This document shows, one piece after another, positions 1 through 9,774 of a stretch of DNA of 64,000 nucleotides (position 1 is the first letter of the stretch; each line of letters opens with the position of its first letter). A program made the position numbers and the translations under genes. The stretch spans positions 1-64,000 of IMG/VR virus record IMGVR_UViG_3300037805_000644; one strand, written 5' to 3'. Below the pieces are notes generated by a model. It did not search any database, had not been told where the DNA came from, and saw only the letters and a program-made list of their open reading frames with translations.

Positions 1-693
1 ATCGTAGAAGGGCTCATCGGGTCAGGGAAAACCACCCTCACCCGGGAGTTGGGTGCCGCCCTTGGGCCGAATACCCTGACGCTTTTCGAGCCTGATGAGA
101 AAGACGCCAAAGGAGCCTGCAACCCGTACTTGGCGAGCTACTATAAGGACAGTGCTCGCTGGTCGTTTACCATGCAGGCACACCTCCTGTCGGAACGCTA
201 CCGGATGCACATGCACGCCCAGTGGCACGCCATGCAAGACCACGGTGACGCCATCCTTGATCGCAGCTTCTATGGAGACACGGCTTTCGCCCGCCTCCAA
301 GTCAAGCTGGGTCTGATGTCCCAGATGGAGTTCGACACCTACAGCCGCCTTTACGACGGGATGACCGCCACCGTAAAGCTCCCCACGATCTGTGTGCGGG
401 TCCTTGCATCCCCCGAGGTCTGCAACCGCCGAGTGGCCTCCCGGATGACCAAGGAGACCGGTCGGACGTGTGAGACCGCCATCGACTTGGATTACCTCAA
501 GGGTCTTGACCTGGAGATCGACCACATGGTCAACGTCCTGGATGCTCAGGGGGTCATGGTCATCAACGTGCCTTGGGATCAGGACCGAGCCACACCTGAG
601 TTGCGGGCATCCACGGTGGAGGAGTTGGTGGCTCGTATTGGCGCCTATGCCCCCTCAGACCTGTTCCTGGATCTCCACCGCCGGGCTCTCTGA
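1..693 (+). CDS. Deoxynucleoside kinase (dNK family), 5'-truncated by window edge
   Basis: Frame is open from base 1: IVEGLIGSGKTT P-loop, then EP, Q, and ILDRSFYGD motifs. Confidence 0.9.
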   Translation: MVEGLIGSGKTTLTRELGAALGPNTLTLFEPDEKDAKGACNPYLASYYKDSARWSFTMQAHLLSERYRMHMHAQWHAMQDHGDAILDRSFYGDTAFARLQVKLGLMSQMEFDTYSRLYDGMTATVKLPTICVRVLASPEVCNRRVASRMTKETGRTCETAIDLDYLKGLDLEIDHMVNVLDAQGVMVINVPWDQDRATPELRASTVEELVARIGAYAPSDLFLDLHRRAL

Positions 694-728
694 CCCCTTT
701 CCGGGTGTTATCTCCCCCAAACCCCCTT

Positions 729-768
729 AGCAAAAACCCGCTGGGCTCAGGCCCAGCGGGTTTTTGCT
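729..768. terminator. Bidirectional intrinsic terminator
   Basis: Perfect 18-bp stem AGCAAAAACCCGCTGGGC-TCAG-GCCCAGCGGGTTTTTGCT between convergent genes. Confidence 0.85.
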
Positions 769-787
769 TTCTCAGGCCATCTTGGAG

Positions 788-905
788 AAGTTTGGGGGAG
801 TTTGGAGAAGTTTGTCACCCAGCCGGATCATGGCTGGTGTCCCCCCAAAGTTTGGAGTTGCGAAAGTTTAGGGGCTCTAAGTTTGGGTGCTTGGAGAACA
901 AGTTT
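788..905 (+). repeat. Cluster of (A/G)AGTTT motifs
   Basis: Copies at 788, 798, 808, 848, 864, 879, 900; the first three are at 10-bp spacing. Confidence 0.6.
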
Positions 906-1033
906 CACCTTGCTCTTCCCTAGGGTGTCGGCGTTGCAACTTTTGCAGAGGCCAAAACGGGGTTGAGGGGGGAGGGCAACCCCACACCCTCCGTGATGTG
1001 AGGGGTAAGGGGTTTTCTAGGGGAACTGGGGGT

Positions 1034-3118
1034 TTACAGAGGCTCGAAGCTAACCTTGAGCCCCTGAGAGGCGGCCAGCTTGACAAGGTCTGCGAGGGTG
1101 GCGCCTGTGGGGGTCGCCTCGGCGGGGGCGAGGGCCTGGACATCCCGGCGAACCTGAGCCACCGTATCCGCCAAGGTGTTCACCCCCAGACGGATGGCCT
1201 GGGTGTCCTTCTGAGCATTGGCATAGGTCGAGACCTTGGGTGCCTCCATGAGGTCTGCCTGACCCCGGAGGAGGGCAGAGAGAGCCGCCTCGATGGCCTT
1301 GAGCCGCTGAACCAGAGGCTCACTGGCCTCGGGGCGAGTCTGAGTACGGCCTTGTGGGGCCTTAGCCGCCGCCTTAATCGATGCCTCGATGCCCCCAAGG
1401 CGGTGCTCCAGAACCGAGGCCAACGCCTCGGGGGACAGCTCAGCAGGATCTAGGGCCTTCATGCTCCGGCTGATATTCCCCAGCCAGGTGCGGATGTTTG
1501 CCTCCGAGGTCCGCACCTGACGTGCGGCCTCAGACACCGAATGGATCACGCTGGACCCGGTGTGGATGCGAGCCATCTCCGTGGTGTGCCCATGAAGGAC
1601 CTTTGCCACCTTGGAGGTCAACGCCTCACCAATGGTGAACAGGGATTTGTTCAGCGTCGCGAACAGGTCCCCCCGAAGGGAGACAAAATCTGCCCCCTGC
1701 TGGGTGGAGACCTGGGTGCCGATGAGGTCTGCCATGGTCTCCGAAAGGTCGATCAGCTTGGTCTCGATGATCTCCCCCAGGGCCTCCTGGAAAGCGGCGT
1801 TGAGGTCGAGGTTCGGCATCTCGTAACCAACCCCAACACCAGCGAAGTGGCCTCCCTCAACACCATCATCTACAGGAATGTCGATGGTCTCCAAGAATGC
1901 ATCGAGCCCGTCGGGGATGGGCTCAGCAGTCCCGCCACCGCCCAGCTCGGCGAGCAGGCGCTCCTCCTCGGGGTCCGGCGCTCGCGGGATCAAGGCGAAT
2001 GGGCCTGTCGAGGTGCTAATCGCCTCGGTCTTCTGGGGCTCCTCCTTGGGAGGCTTGGACCACTCTGCGATGTAAAGGTCCACCGCCTCCTTGGAGGTCC
2101 ACCAACGGCGGGCTGCCTCGTAGCCCAACAAGGTTCCGCATTTCAACGCACCCTTGATGTCGGTGTGAGGCACCCCTTTGGACTCACATTCTGACTTGAA
2201 ATAATCAGCCAGTTGGTTGCTGGGCTGCACCTCCAAGGCCCACTCCCCAAGAACTTTGGCGCGGGCCTGCTTGACGATGTCATGGTGGACATGCCTGCCA
2301 AACACAGCTACCCCCTCTTTCTTGATGAGGGAGGACCCGGGGAAAGCGCCGCCCTCAAGGAAATCCTCCCAGAGCTGGCTTGCCCAGATCCGGGAGGCCG
2401 CATGTCGAGCCGCCACATCCTGACCCCAGGTACCTCGGGCCGCTTCGGCCTCGGCCTCGACGACCCCCCAAAGGGAATCAGGCCACAGGAACCCCTGCAA
2501 TACCGTTGTCGGTCGGGCCAGCTCCTTGACAGCCGTGACCAGAGTGGCACTGAGCTGGGGCTTCGTGTATGCAGGGCGGGCCTCAATGACCGCCCTCGCT
2601 GCCTCCCGGATCGTCTTTTCTGAGATGGTGGGGGTTACCGGAGTGGACCGAGCTTCCTGAAACCACAGCTCCAGGCTCTTGCGAGTAACCTTGGTCTTGG
2701 GCCCCAGGTTCGCACGCAAGATACCGATCACCTCATCACGGCTTGGCTCACGGCCTGCGTGGTGTTGATCTTTGATGTACTGCACAGCCAGAGCTGCCTT
2801 GGTCCCGTAAAGCGGCTGGGCTCCCTGGGTGCTGGCGGGGAGGATGCCCGCAGCCCGCAGGATGGGCTCTGCCTTGGCCCATCTCCGTGATACCCGGATA
2901 AGCTTAGCGCCTACCCGCTCCACAGCCTCCTCTAGGCCCCGTCGGTTCAGGTCTGAGTAACAATCCGACAGGAAAAGGACGGCCTCGGTGCCGGTGGGGA
3001 TGTTGACGGCTTGGGTCAGATCAACGTGAGCCAGAAGCTCATGCCCGGCCGCTAGGACCACAGACATGAATTTCTGGGTCACGAACTTGACTTCCCCGCC
3101 TACCACTGTAATCCGCAT
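1034..3118 (-). CDS. Large protein with DUF2325-like N-terminus and a possible HTH
   Basis: MRITVVGG...IP..EAVLFLSD N-terminus; SVSEAARQVRTSEANIRTWL HTH-like segment; GGAGG SD. Confidence 0.55.
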   Translation of the reverse strand: MRITVVGGEVKFVTQKFMSVVLAAGHELLAHVDLTQAVNIPTGTEAVLFLSDCYSDLNRRGLEEAVERVGAKLIRVSRRWAKAEPILRAAGILPASTQGAQPLYGTKAALAVQYIKDQHHAGREPSRDEVIGILRANLGPKTKVTRKSLELWFQEARSTPVTPTISEKTIREAARAVIEARPAYTKPQLSATLVTAVKELARPTTVLQGFLWPDSLWGVVEAEAEAARGTWGQDVAARHAASRIWASQLWEDFLEGGAFPGSSLIKKEGVAVFGRHVHHDIVKQARAKVLGEWALEVQPSNQLADYFKSECESKGVPHTDIKGALKCGTLLGYEAARRWWTSKEAVDLYIAEWSKPPKEEPQKTEAISTSTGPFALIPRAPDPEEERLLAELGGGGTAEPIPDGLDAFLETIDIPVDDGVEGGHFAGVGVGYEMPNLDLNAAFQEALGEIIETKLIDLSETMADLIGTQVSTQQGADFVSLRGDLFATLNKSLFTIGEALTSKVAKVLHGHTTEMARIHTGSSVIHSVSEAARQVRTSEANIRTWLGNISRSMKALDPAELSPEALASVLEHRLGGIEASIKAAAKAPQGRTQTRPEASEPLVQRLKAIEAALSALLRGQADLMEAPKVSTYANAQKDTQAIRLGVNTLADTVAQVRRDVQALAPAEATPTGATLADLVKLAASQGLKVSFEPL

Positions 3119-3141
3119 GGTTCCTCCGATGTGTGGGGCAT

Positions 3142-3447
3142 CTACTCCTTTATGGGGATCTTGTTACCGTCCAAATCCCATCCATTGATATCTTCTGGGT
3201 CCTTTTGCATAGCGAGCACCGCAGCGGCGGCTACACGCCAACCATTCTGCACCTCTGGCCCCACAGCACTCCAAGGCGGGATGGGCTTACCGTCCCAGGT
3301 CAGGCCGCCCTTGGCGTTGTTGTACGCCTCGAAAGCAACCTGGCCTGCACCAGGGCCGGCGATCATAGCCCTGAGCCAGACGATCTCCTCGTCTCGGGAA
3401 CGGATATCCTGCATGGTCGGGACATCGATTTGGGAAGTCTCCCTCAT
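3142..3447 (-). CDS. Hypothetical phage protein
   Basis: ATGA overlap with upstream gene; AFEAY...GGLTWDGKPIPPW motif. Confidence 0.65.
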   Translation of the reverse strand: MRETSQIDVPTMQDIRSRDEEIVWLRAMIAGPGAGQVAFEAYNNAKGGLTWDGKPIPPWSAVGPEVQNGWRVAAAAVLAMQKDPEDINGWDLDGNKIPIKE

Positions 3448-5048
3448 GTTTTTCCCCCCTTGTTGTAACAGGCCCGGCAGCGGGCCTCATATTGGTCAGC
3501 CCCAACCTCTACCTGGTTGGTGCCCCCGGATTTCCGGTAACTCCGGGTGGCGTCCTCGCCACAACAAACGCAAACGGCATGGAGTTTGGTGATGTAATCC
3601 GCCCGCACCAGCAGATCGGCCATGGGCCCGAAAGGCTCCCCAAACGAGTCAAGGTCCAGACCCGCAACGATGACTCGTTTGCCCATCTGAGCGAGCACAT
3701 CCACCATCAAAACGAGACCGGGTGCGAAAAACTGGGCCTCGTCGATGGCGATCACGTCGCAGCTCTCATAGCTATGCTCTGAGATTTGGGTGACGTTCTG
3801 GACGGGGATGCAGGGGACTTGGGCGTTGACGTGGCTCACCACGGCGTGAGTGGCATAGCGGTCATCAACGGCAGGTTTGAAGACCTTGACGGCCTGCTTG
3901 GCGAACTGGGCTCGACGGACACGGCGGATCAGCTCTTCACTCTTGCCGGAGTTATGGGTGACCGTGAAATCCCCAAGCAAATAGCGACCCCCCTCAACCG
4001 TGATCCCAAAATAGGGCTCAGGGTCAGACAAAACACCCACATCGAAAGTGGTGACCGTTGGGCGGTGCTTTACTTTTCTTTCCAACTGTTTCCGGGGGAG
4101 GCGAGTCGGAACCTTGGAGACATCCCCCCCGACGTACACCCTATAGTAAGGGCGAACAGGCCCTGTCTGAGCTTTCTTATGGCTGATCCGTACTGTGGCA
4201 GCAAGACCGACACTGCGAGCCAGAAAAGCCACACCCCTTGCCAGATGTGGAGACTTGTTGATGAAATCAAACCCTGCGCCCTGAGTTGCGGACCCATCCG
4301 TGTCCAAGAGACCCGCCAGAAGTTCCAAACGGTCTGCTTGGGTGGCAGACAAGTACCGCTGGGGTATGAATTTGTCGGCCCCAGTCAACCCGTAAAGACC
4401 AAGGGCACGGAAACGATTTGCAATAGGGTTGGGCACTCCTCGACGCCCCACCAACCGAACAGTTCGGGCTTTACCTCGGGGAGCATCCTCGGCCACTCGA
4501 AGCCCATATTTCTGGGCTTGCCTCTCCGCCTCAGCAATGATTTCGGGGTCCATGCTGACCAACCCGATGCGAGAGTCGAAAGAGCCGTCCCCCAACATAG
4601 CGCCCAAAAAATAGGGGTCCAGGTCATCGTCCCCGACTCCCAGGGAGTCAAATGCTGGGACTCCGACGCGAAACAACTTGAAAATGCTTTTGCGCCGATC
4701 TGACCAAGTCAGCCAGTCCCGCACCGAAACATCGAGGACCCGGCCACCCCGCTCACAAGGTTTACCGTAAGGGCGGCTAGGGGTGTCCATGAGAGTCAAT
4801 TCGTGATCAAGGGTGACGACAAAAGGGTCTCCGCCTCGGGCGGGTCGGATCTCGGCCATTGCCCCGGATCCCCTGTGGATTGCAGTCACCAAAACAGGTA
4901 GGCCCTGATCTGAAACCACCCGATCTCCGGTTCTGATTTCCTCAATGGGTTTAAGGGTGCCGTCGGCCATCAAAATCAACTGCCCTTTACGATGGCAGAA
5001 CATGCAACCGCAGATAACCTCAACCTGACCTTGGGGGTTGTGGGACAT
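3444..5048 (-). CDS. tdk: Thymidine kinase (type II) containing an intein
   Basis: Exteins join to GCMF|SGKSEELIRR; FKPAVDDRY, IAIDEAQFF, VAGLDLD, and CxxC...YEARCRAC Zn motifs. Confidence 0.93.
   Translation of the reverse strand: MSHNPQGQVEVICGCMFCHRKGQLILMADGTLKPIEEIRTGDRVVSDQGLPVLVTAIHRGSGAMAEIRPARGGDPFVVTLDHELTLMDTPSRPYGKPCERGGRVLDVSVRDWLTWSDRRKSIFKLFRVGVPAFDSLGVGDDDLDPYFLGAMLGDGSFDSRIGLVSMDPEIIAEAERQAQKYGLRVAEDAPRGKARTVRLVGRRGVPNPIANRFRALGLYGLTGADKFIPQRYLSATQADRLELLAGLLDTDGSATQGAGFDFINKSPHLARGVAFLARSVGLAATVRISHKKAQTGPVRPYYRVYVGGDVSKVPTRLPRKQLERKVKHRPTVTTFDVGVLSDPEPYFGITVEGGRYLLGDFTVTHNSGKSEELIRRVRRAQFAKQAVKVFKPAVDDRYATHAVVSHVNAQVPCIPVQNVTQISEHSYESCDVIAIDEAQFFAPGLVLMVDVLAQMGKRVIVAGLDLDSFGEPFGPMADLLVRADYITKLHAVCVCCGEDATRSYRKSGGTNQVEVGADQYEARCRACYNKGGKT
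3951..4997 (-). mobile_element. Intein (349 aa) with LAGLIDADG endonuclease
   Basis: Starts CHRKGQLILMADG, ends VTHN|S; LGAMLGDGS and LAGLLDTDGS motifs. Confidence 0.93.
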
Positions 5049-5103
5049 CGAGGGTTCTCCTGGTTTGGGGTACCAAGGACCTTACCCTCAACGTGGGGCA
5101 CTT

Positions 5104-5411
5104 TCAGTCCCCCACGGCATCCATGTAGCAGGGAATCCCACGTTCCTTCAAAGCCTTGGCCAGGGTCTCCCCCTGAGCCAGCTCCCGTGCCGTTGTCGTA
5201 ACCGTAATAGAGACAGGGGCAGCCGATCCCATGGGCATTGGAGAGGTAACGCAAACCCAACGCCTTCGCCGCTCGGCGAAGGTCACTGCCAGCCTGCCGG
5301 CTGACGGGGACGACGTAAACCCGGCCACAGCCGCTGGATCGCTGGGGGGGGCGCGGCTTTGGCAAGGGCCAAAGCCTCGGAAAGGATGTCCTGGGCATCA
5401 GAAAGCTTCAT
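5104..5411 (-). pseudogene. Small phage protein with two apparent +1 frameshifts (pseudogene or assembly error)
   Basis: SD and ATG at 5411. Three frames join to MKLSDAQDIL..AAPP/QRSSGCGRVYV..YYGYDNGT/ELAQGETLAKALKERGIPCYMDAVGD. Shifts at the C8 run (5344-5351) and near 5185. Confidence 0.6.
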
Positions 5412-5434
5412 TTTCTCTCCTCCGTTCACCTCAC

Positions 5435-5460
5435 CTACTACCGAGGAGCCCAGAGTTACC
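5435..5460 (-). promoter_or_regulatory. Recurrent promoter-like motif
   Basis: GGTAAC-N14-TAGTAG followed by GTGAGGTG and SD. Confidence 0.75.
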
Positions 5461-5476
5461 AGGGAAAAAGGTCCTT

Positions 5477-6202
5477 TCAGTCCCCTTTCCCGTCTTCCAC
5501 CCCCCTTCGATAAGACTTACGGACGTTGACACCGAGGGCTTTCCCTAGTTCAACTAGCCAGGGGGAGAGGGAGTCCCCGACGTACCCCGCATCGTAAGCC
5601 ATCATATCCAGGGCGACCTCTGCTGTCGTGGCCGAGTTCCCCTCTTGCTCCGACAAATGTTGGAGTCGACCCACAAGAGTTTGGGTACGCTCATCCTTGT
5701 AGTTGAGGTACCAGTGGCGGTGGTACGCAGCGACACGGTGCGGACACGACCCCCGAGACCGGACTGCCGATGCAACACGGGTAGCAGCCTCGACACCCCG
5801 GGGGTCATAGACCAGGGGGACCAGGGCCTTGCGCTGCTTGCGGACGGCTTCGGAGATGTCTCGGATGGCGTCACTGTCCTGGGCGTCTGTGACCAACACC
5901 ATGCACCTACGTGCCATCTCGGCCAGCTCATCGGGGATGGTGTAATACAGGCGGCTCACGTCAAGAGACTTGGCCTCCTCAGCGAAACCTTCGATGAGGA
6001 GGAGGTGCTTGCGGATGCAGTCGTCACAGTAATGGTGCTGGAGGTGGTCCTCCAGCAACAAGAGCTGCTTGGCGATCTCCCGGAGGTTGAACGCAGGGTG
6101 CATGAGCGTCATCCGCTCTCGGCTGGCCTGCTTGGTGCGGGCTGCCTGCCTTCGCCTGGTCTGGTGGGTTTGTAGCACGACGGGTCCTCCGGTTGGTATC
6201 AC
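5477..6202 (-). CDS. Hypothetical protein with FNLREIAKQ-LLEDHL-CxDCxxKH motif
   Basis: 241-aa ORF; conserved-looking His/Cys metal-binding motif. Confidence 0.65.
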   Translation of the reverse strand: MIPTGGPVVLQTHQTRRRQAARTKQASRERMTLMHPAFNLREIAKQLLLLEDHLQHHYCDDCIRKHLLLIEGFAEEAKSLDVSRLYYTIPDELAEMARRCMVLVTDAQDSDAIRDISEAVRKQRKALVPLVYDPRGVEAATRVASAVRSRGSCPHRVAAYHRHWYLNYKDERTQTLVGRLQHLSEQEGNSATTAEVALDMMAYDAGYVGDSLSPWLVELGKALGVNVRKSYRRGVEDGKGD

Positions 6203-6223
6203 CCTGGCCGGGTGATAGAAGAA

Positions 6224-6856
6224 TCACCGCTTGGGTGTGGGCAGGACCTTGGCCAGGGCGGCCTCATCCTCCTTGCGGATGTTGTCGTTGCCCTGCTCCA
6301 TCATGGCGAGGAGCCTTTTCTTGGTGGTGTCCAGGGACATGTTGCCCTGTGCCGTCATCTCTCCAGTATCCCGGTCCTGGCGACGGCTGGTGAGGCCCTT
6401 GGCACCAGGCTTGATGATCCTGACCAGCTCGGGGCTCATCGAATGCAGGGCGATATCCCACTGCCAATCTACAAAGGTACTCCCGTCAATCAGGATCGGC
6501 GGGGAGATGGCCTTCGTCTCCCGGAAAATGGTCATGCCTGCCCGAGTACGCAACTCCAGATCGAGGTAATGGAGATGCCGGATGATGGGAGACCCCAGGA
6601 AATCAAGGCGGAACCGGATACCGATCCGGTGGTCCCCCGCGATGATGTTCGGCTCGTTGAGTACGCCCCATTCGTGAGCAACAACCTCCAGGTCATCCGT
6701 CTCGATGAGACGCTGGATGACCTCCTGCTCGTCCTCCGACATGGGGACATACATCCCGTTGGGGTTCAAACCCCCGAAAGGGTTCAAGCCGTCAGGCCGT
6801 GCATTCGGGTTGTAGGCCCCGACCTGGGGGGTCCAGAGATTCTTTTTGACACTCAT
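6224..6856 (-). CDS. Hypothetical protein
   Basis: Long ORF; ATG at 6856 overlaps the upstream stop. Confidence 0.7.
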   Translation of the reverse strand: MSVKKNLWTPQVGAYNPNARPDGLNPFGGLNPNGMYVPMSEDEQEVIQRLIETDDLEVVAHEWGVLNEPNIIAGDHRIGIRFRLDFLGSPIIRHLHYLDLELRTRAGMTIFRETKAISPPILIDGSTFVDWQWDIALHSMSPELVRIIKPGAKGLTSRRQDRDTGEMTAQGNMSLDTTKKRLLAMMEQGNDNIRKEDEAALAKVLPTPKR

Positions 6857-7341
6857 CCGCACACCTTTACATGGCAAGCTCTGGGACGCCCTTGGCGGGT
6901 CCCGGCGAAGAACACGATGGTCTGACCCACGGTGGGGATTCGCCCTTCCAGGATTTCGGACTTGTGCAGGTGGTAGCTCAAGTCGTCGTCACCCTGAACG
7001 AACCCATATCCACGGTGGGCGTCGAACGTGTCCACCTTACCCTCAACGACTTTAATCATCCCGATGCGGGTCACCCTCTCCGCCCGAGGGGCCTTGTCTT
7101 TCCCCGCAGAGAGATCAACCTCGACCTCAACCAGCTCACCCAGGATGGGCGGCGGTGGGGCCTTGAGCCAAGAACAGCCGTCCGAGGAACAGAACAAGCA
7201 CCGCTTCTCAACGGGCTGGTGGCCAGGTCGGAAAGACCCCAGGTGGAAAAACACCTCCTGCTTGCTTTCGGGGTCTATGCAGAACCCAAACAGCTTGGAG
7301 GGGATGTATTTATGCACCCGCATTTTAACGGTGCTGATCAC
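6853..7341 (-). CDS. Tandem cold-shock-domain protein with Cys insert
   Basis: FGFC...EVFFH and GYGFV...YHLHKSEI RNP1/RNP2-like motifs. Confidence 0.85.
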   Translation of the reverse strand: MISTVKMRVHKYIPSKLFGFCIDPESKQEVFFHLGSFRPGHQPVEKRCLFCSSDGCSWLKAPPPPILGELVEVEVDLSAGKDKAPRAERVTRIGMIKVVEGKVDTFDAHRGYGFVQGDDDLSYHLHKSEILEGRIPTVGQTIVFFAGTRQGRPRACHVKVCG

Positions 7342-7349
7342 AGTGCTCC

Positions 7350-7790
7350 TCAGCTTCCTGCACGGGCGGCGATAATGGCGGCGATGACGTTTGGCTTGTT
7401 GCCCAGCTTGTCGGGGCGCTCAATGCCTGCGTCCATCGCCATCTCGTTCAGATCCCGACGAGACATGCCCATCTCAGGTTCGATGGCCTTGGGTTTCTTG
7501 GGCTTGGGCTTGGGCTTCTTCGGCTTCGCGGGCTCAGGCTCGGGCTCAACCTCGGGCTCAACCACGACAGGCTCAACCTCGGGCTCGGGCTCAACCTCGG
7601 GCTCAACCACGGGCTCAACCACGATGGGCTCAACCTCGGGCTCAATGGCGGCAAGGGCCTCCATTACGTTGGCGGGCTCAGGGGCGGGCAGGGGCGCCGG
7701 CGGTGAGGGCACCCGAGCTGTGCGCTTGGTCTGGTGATCCCTCTTGATCTTCCGCATACGGGCGAAAGGGGGCGGATACTGATTGGCCAT
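7350..7790 (-). CDS. Glu/Pro-repeat protein with C-terminal Rho_N/HeH-like domain
   Basis: (EPEV)n and KP repeats; MSRRDLNEMAMDAGI...NKPNVIAAI. Confidence 0.65.
   Translation of the reverse strand: MANQYPPPFARMRKIKRDHQTKRTARVPSPPAPLPAPEPANVMEALAAIEPEVEPIVVEPVVEPEVEPEPEVEPVVVEPEVEPEPEPAKPKKPKPKPKKPKAIEPEMGMSRRDLNEMAMDAGIERPDKLGNKPNVIAAIIAARAGS
7531..7644 (-). repeat. Imperfect coding repeat (VEPE)
   Basis: Repeated GTTGAGCCCGAG units. Confidence 0.8.
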
Positions 7791-7802
7791 GGTTTTCTCC
7801 GG

Positions 7803-8180
7803 TTAGGCGACAAGGCCCTTGATGAGGCCGCTAAGCACCTGTCCAAGGACGTGTCCGACCTTGACCATGAACTCATCGGCGGCTGATTTGCGGCTTGTTT
7901 CTGCGTTCTGTAGATGTGCCAGGATATCAGATCCTGTGGCGAGGTCTGCCCACTCGGGCACCCCACTCCCACCCCTGAGGAGGTCTCCGACGGCATCCAG
8001 GGCCATCTGGATGCCCTGGGGTCCGTAAGTCTCGACCCCGTTGGAAACCAAGGCCAGGATAGCTTTTTTCCAAGGCTCCGAAGACTCGGAGCCCATCTCG
8101 GCCAGCTCACCTGCGAGCTTCTTGACACCCAGCTCACCCAGAGCTGGCGCCAGGCTCTCCAACAGCTTGCTGAAATCCAT
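7803..8180 (-). CDS. Hypothetical helical protein
   Basis: GGAGG SD; TGATG coupling to the upstream gene. Confidence 0.7.
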   Translation of the reverse strand: MDFSKLLESLAPALGELGVKKLAGELAEMGSESSEPWKKAILALVSNGVETYGPQGIQMALDAVGDLLRGGSGVPEWADLATGSDILAHLQNAETSRKSAADEFMVKVGHVLGQVLSGLIKGLVA

Positions 8181-8530
8181 CAGCTACCTCCGGGGCACAG
8201 GGAACTGGCATCCGGGATGATTGGGGGGTTGGCAGGGGGCCTGGTTTCGATCAGGCCAGCATTGAACAACCCCATCGCCTTGTGCCAAGGGGCACGGAAT
8301 TTGGCGGTGAGGGCTGTCTGGGCCGCCCTCTCACACAGGGAGTCCCCGAACCTGCCGTTTACACAGATGCAGTGTTTGGAGATGAAAGCTTCAAGGTGTC
8401 GGGCCTGCTCAGTGGCTGCTTGGGTGAACCAGGTCACCTCAGCCTTGTACACCTTGGCCTCTCTCGTCATGCGAGAGCCGCACCCGAGGGTTAGGGGCAA
8501 GAAAGCCAGCAGCAGGATGAATCGGGACAT
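8180..8530 (-). CDS. Putative lipoprotein
   Basis: MSRFILLLAFLPLTLG|C lipobox; start reassigned to ATG 8530. Confidence 0.7.
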   Translation of the reverse strand: MSRFILLLAFLPLTLGCGSRMTREAKVYKAEVTWFTQAATEQARHLEAFISKHCICVNGRFGDSLCERAAQTALTAKFRAPWHKAMGLFNAGLIETRPPANPPIIPDASSLCPGGS

Positions 8531-8555
8531 GGAGGGCACCTCACAGACGAACACT

Positions 8556-9136
8556 CTACCCCCCGGTTTGGGGGGTTTCCGCAGACCGGGGCCAAGCCGA
8601 GAGTCTTTGCCTTTTCGGGCTAAAGCGGGGAGCGACGGCACCACGGAAAACATCTAGGGATCCTTTGCGGATGTATACCCTCTCCAGGTTCCTGTCTGGG
8701 CGCTTACGTTGAGTGTGCCCCACTCCCATCTGGGATAGTACCTCTACCAGCCGATCCAAACCCCCATGTGGTTTCTGGTAGAAAACCACTTGGCCAGTTT
8801 TTGAGACACTGCCATCAGCATCCAGGAGCCCTGCAACCCACTCACCCCAGTAAGTCGGTTCTTCGGGGAACATCCACTGCTCCTGCCCTTTTTCGGCGCC
8901 CGTTTGAGAACAGACCAGGACCCGAACTGCTGCCCCGTGAGGTCCCGCACTTTACCCACTCGGGCTCTCCCACATTTCCGGCAGGAGCTGCCCCCTTCCT
9001 GCCGAAGACGTTGTGAGGGGACAATGTCTTCCTGCCCACAGATGCACCGTGCAAGCCAATGCATCTGGCGGCCTCTCACAGGAACTGCCCGAATGGCGGT
9101 CCGGTCACCGAAGGTTTTCCCCGTCAGGTCGATCAT
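8556..9136 (-). mobile_element. Free-standing homing endonuclease-like gene split by a -1 frameshift
   Basis: Two DLTGxxFG repeats with Cys (ORF 8744..9136), then WVAGLLDADGS LAGLIDADG domain (8556..8873); G_AAA_AAG at 8888-8894. Confidence 0.65.
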
Positions 9137-9455
9137 CTTTTTCCTCTTCCAGGGGCTTACCGATCTTGACGTGTTTCATCGAAACATCAGCCCCTACCGA
9201 GGTGGCGATATGTGCCATTTCGATGTACCTGTCAAGTGCGGCCTGCCCCCCGATGTAGAGGGCTTCAATGAAGCCGGAAAGGGCAATGCAAGTCAACACC
9301 ACAGAACCAAGCATTGTGTCGATGTCGCCGTCTTTCATGCCCATGACCATCACAATGGCAATGATCATCTTCCAGGTTACCTCTGCCACCAGGAAAGCGA
9401 CGAATTTCTTGCTCTGCATGGGGGTCTTGTCCCTCGGGGGCCGTTCATCTACCAT
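9105..9455 (-). CDS. Two-TM membrane protein, holin-like
   Basis: SKKF then two hydrophobic helices, YIGGQAALD, charged C-terminal tail. Confidence 0.5.
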   Translation of the reverse strand: MVDERPPRDKTPMQSKKFVAFLVAEVTWKMIIAIVMVMGMKDGDIDTMLGSVVLTCIALSGFIEALYIGGQAALDRYIEMAHIATSVGADVSMKHVKIGKPLEEEKDDRPDGENLR

Positions 9456-9456
9456 C

Positions 9457-9774
9457 TCAGTTCCCCCCTACCCGAGTCCCGCCTCGGGGACCTGCTGTGT
9501 ACACACCTGCGCGATTCCATTTGCTTTGGATACGGTCATGGAACTGTTTCTCATCCACATCCCGAGCCTTGACCAGAGCCCGGGTATAGAGGGGCTGGAG
9601 TCGATCCTGCTCCCCGATAGAGAGGGTGTTGAACAGGCGCAGATAGGACTCCCTAGCCGAAGCGTGCTTGGTCAGGAAGTCCAGAATGTAATCGTCAGGG
9701 AGCCGGTCACGACCACTGTCATCAGTCGTCAGGAGGTTCTGCCCTACTTCGTTGATCCACCACTCATCCATCAC
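9457..9774 (-). CDS. Hypothetical protein
   Basis: ORF tightly packed in the operon; GGAG SD. Confidence 0.6.
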   Translation of the reverse strand: MMDEWWINEVGQNLLTTDDSGRDRLPDDYILDFLTKHASARESYLRLFNTLSIGEQDRLQPLYTRALVKARDVDEKQFHDRIQSKWNRAGVYTAGPRGGTRVGGN

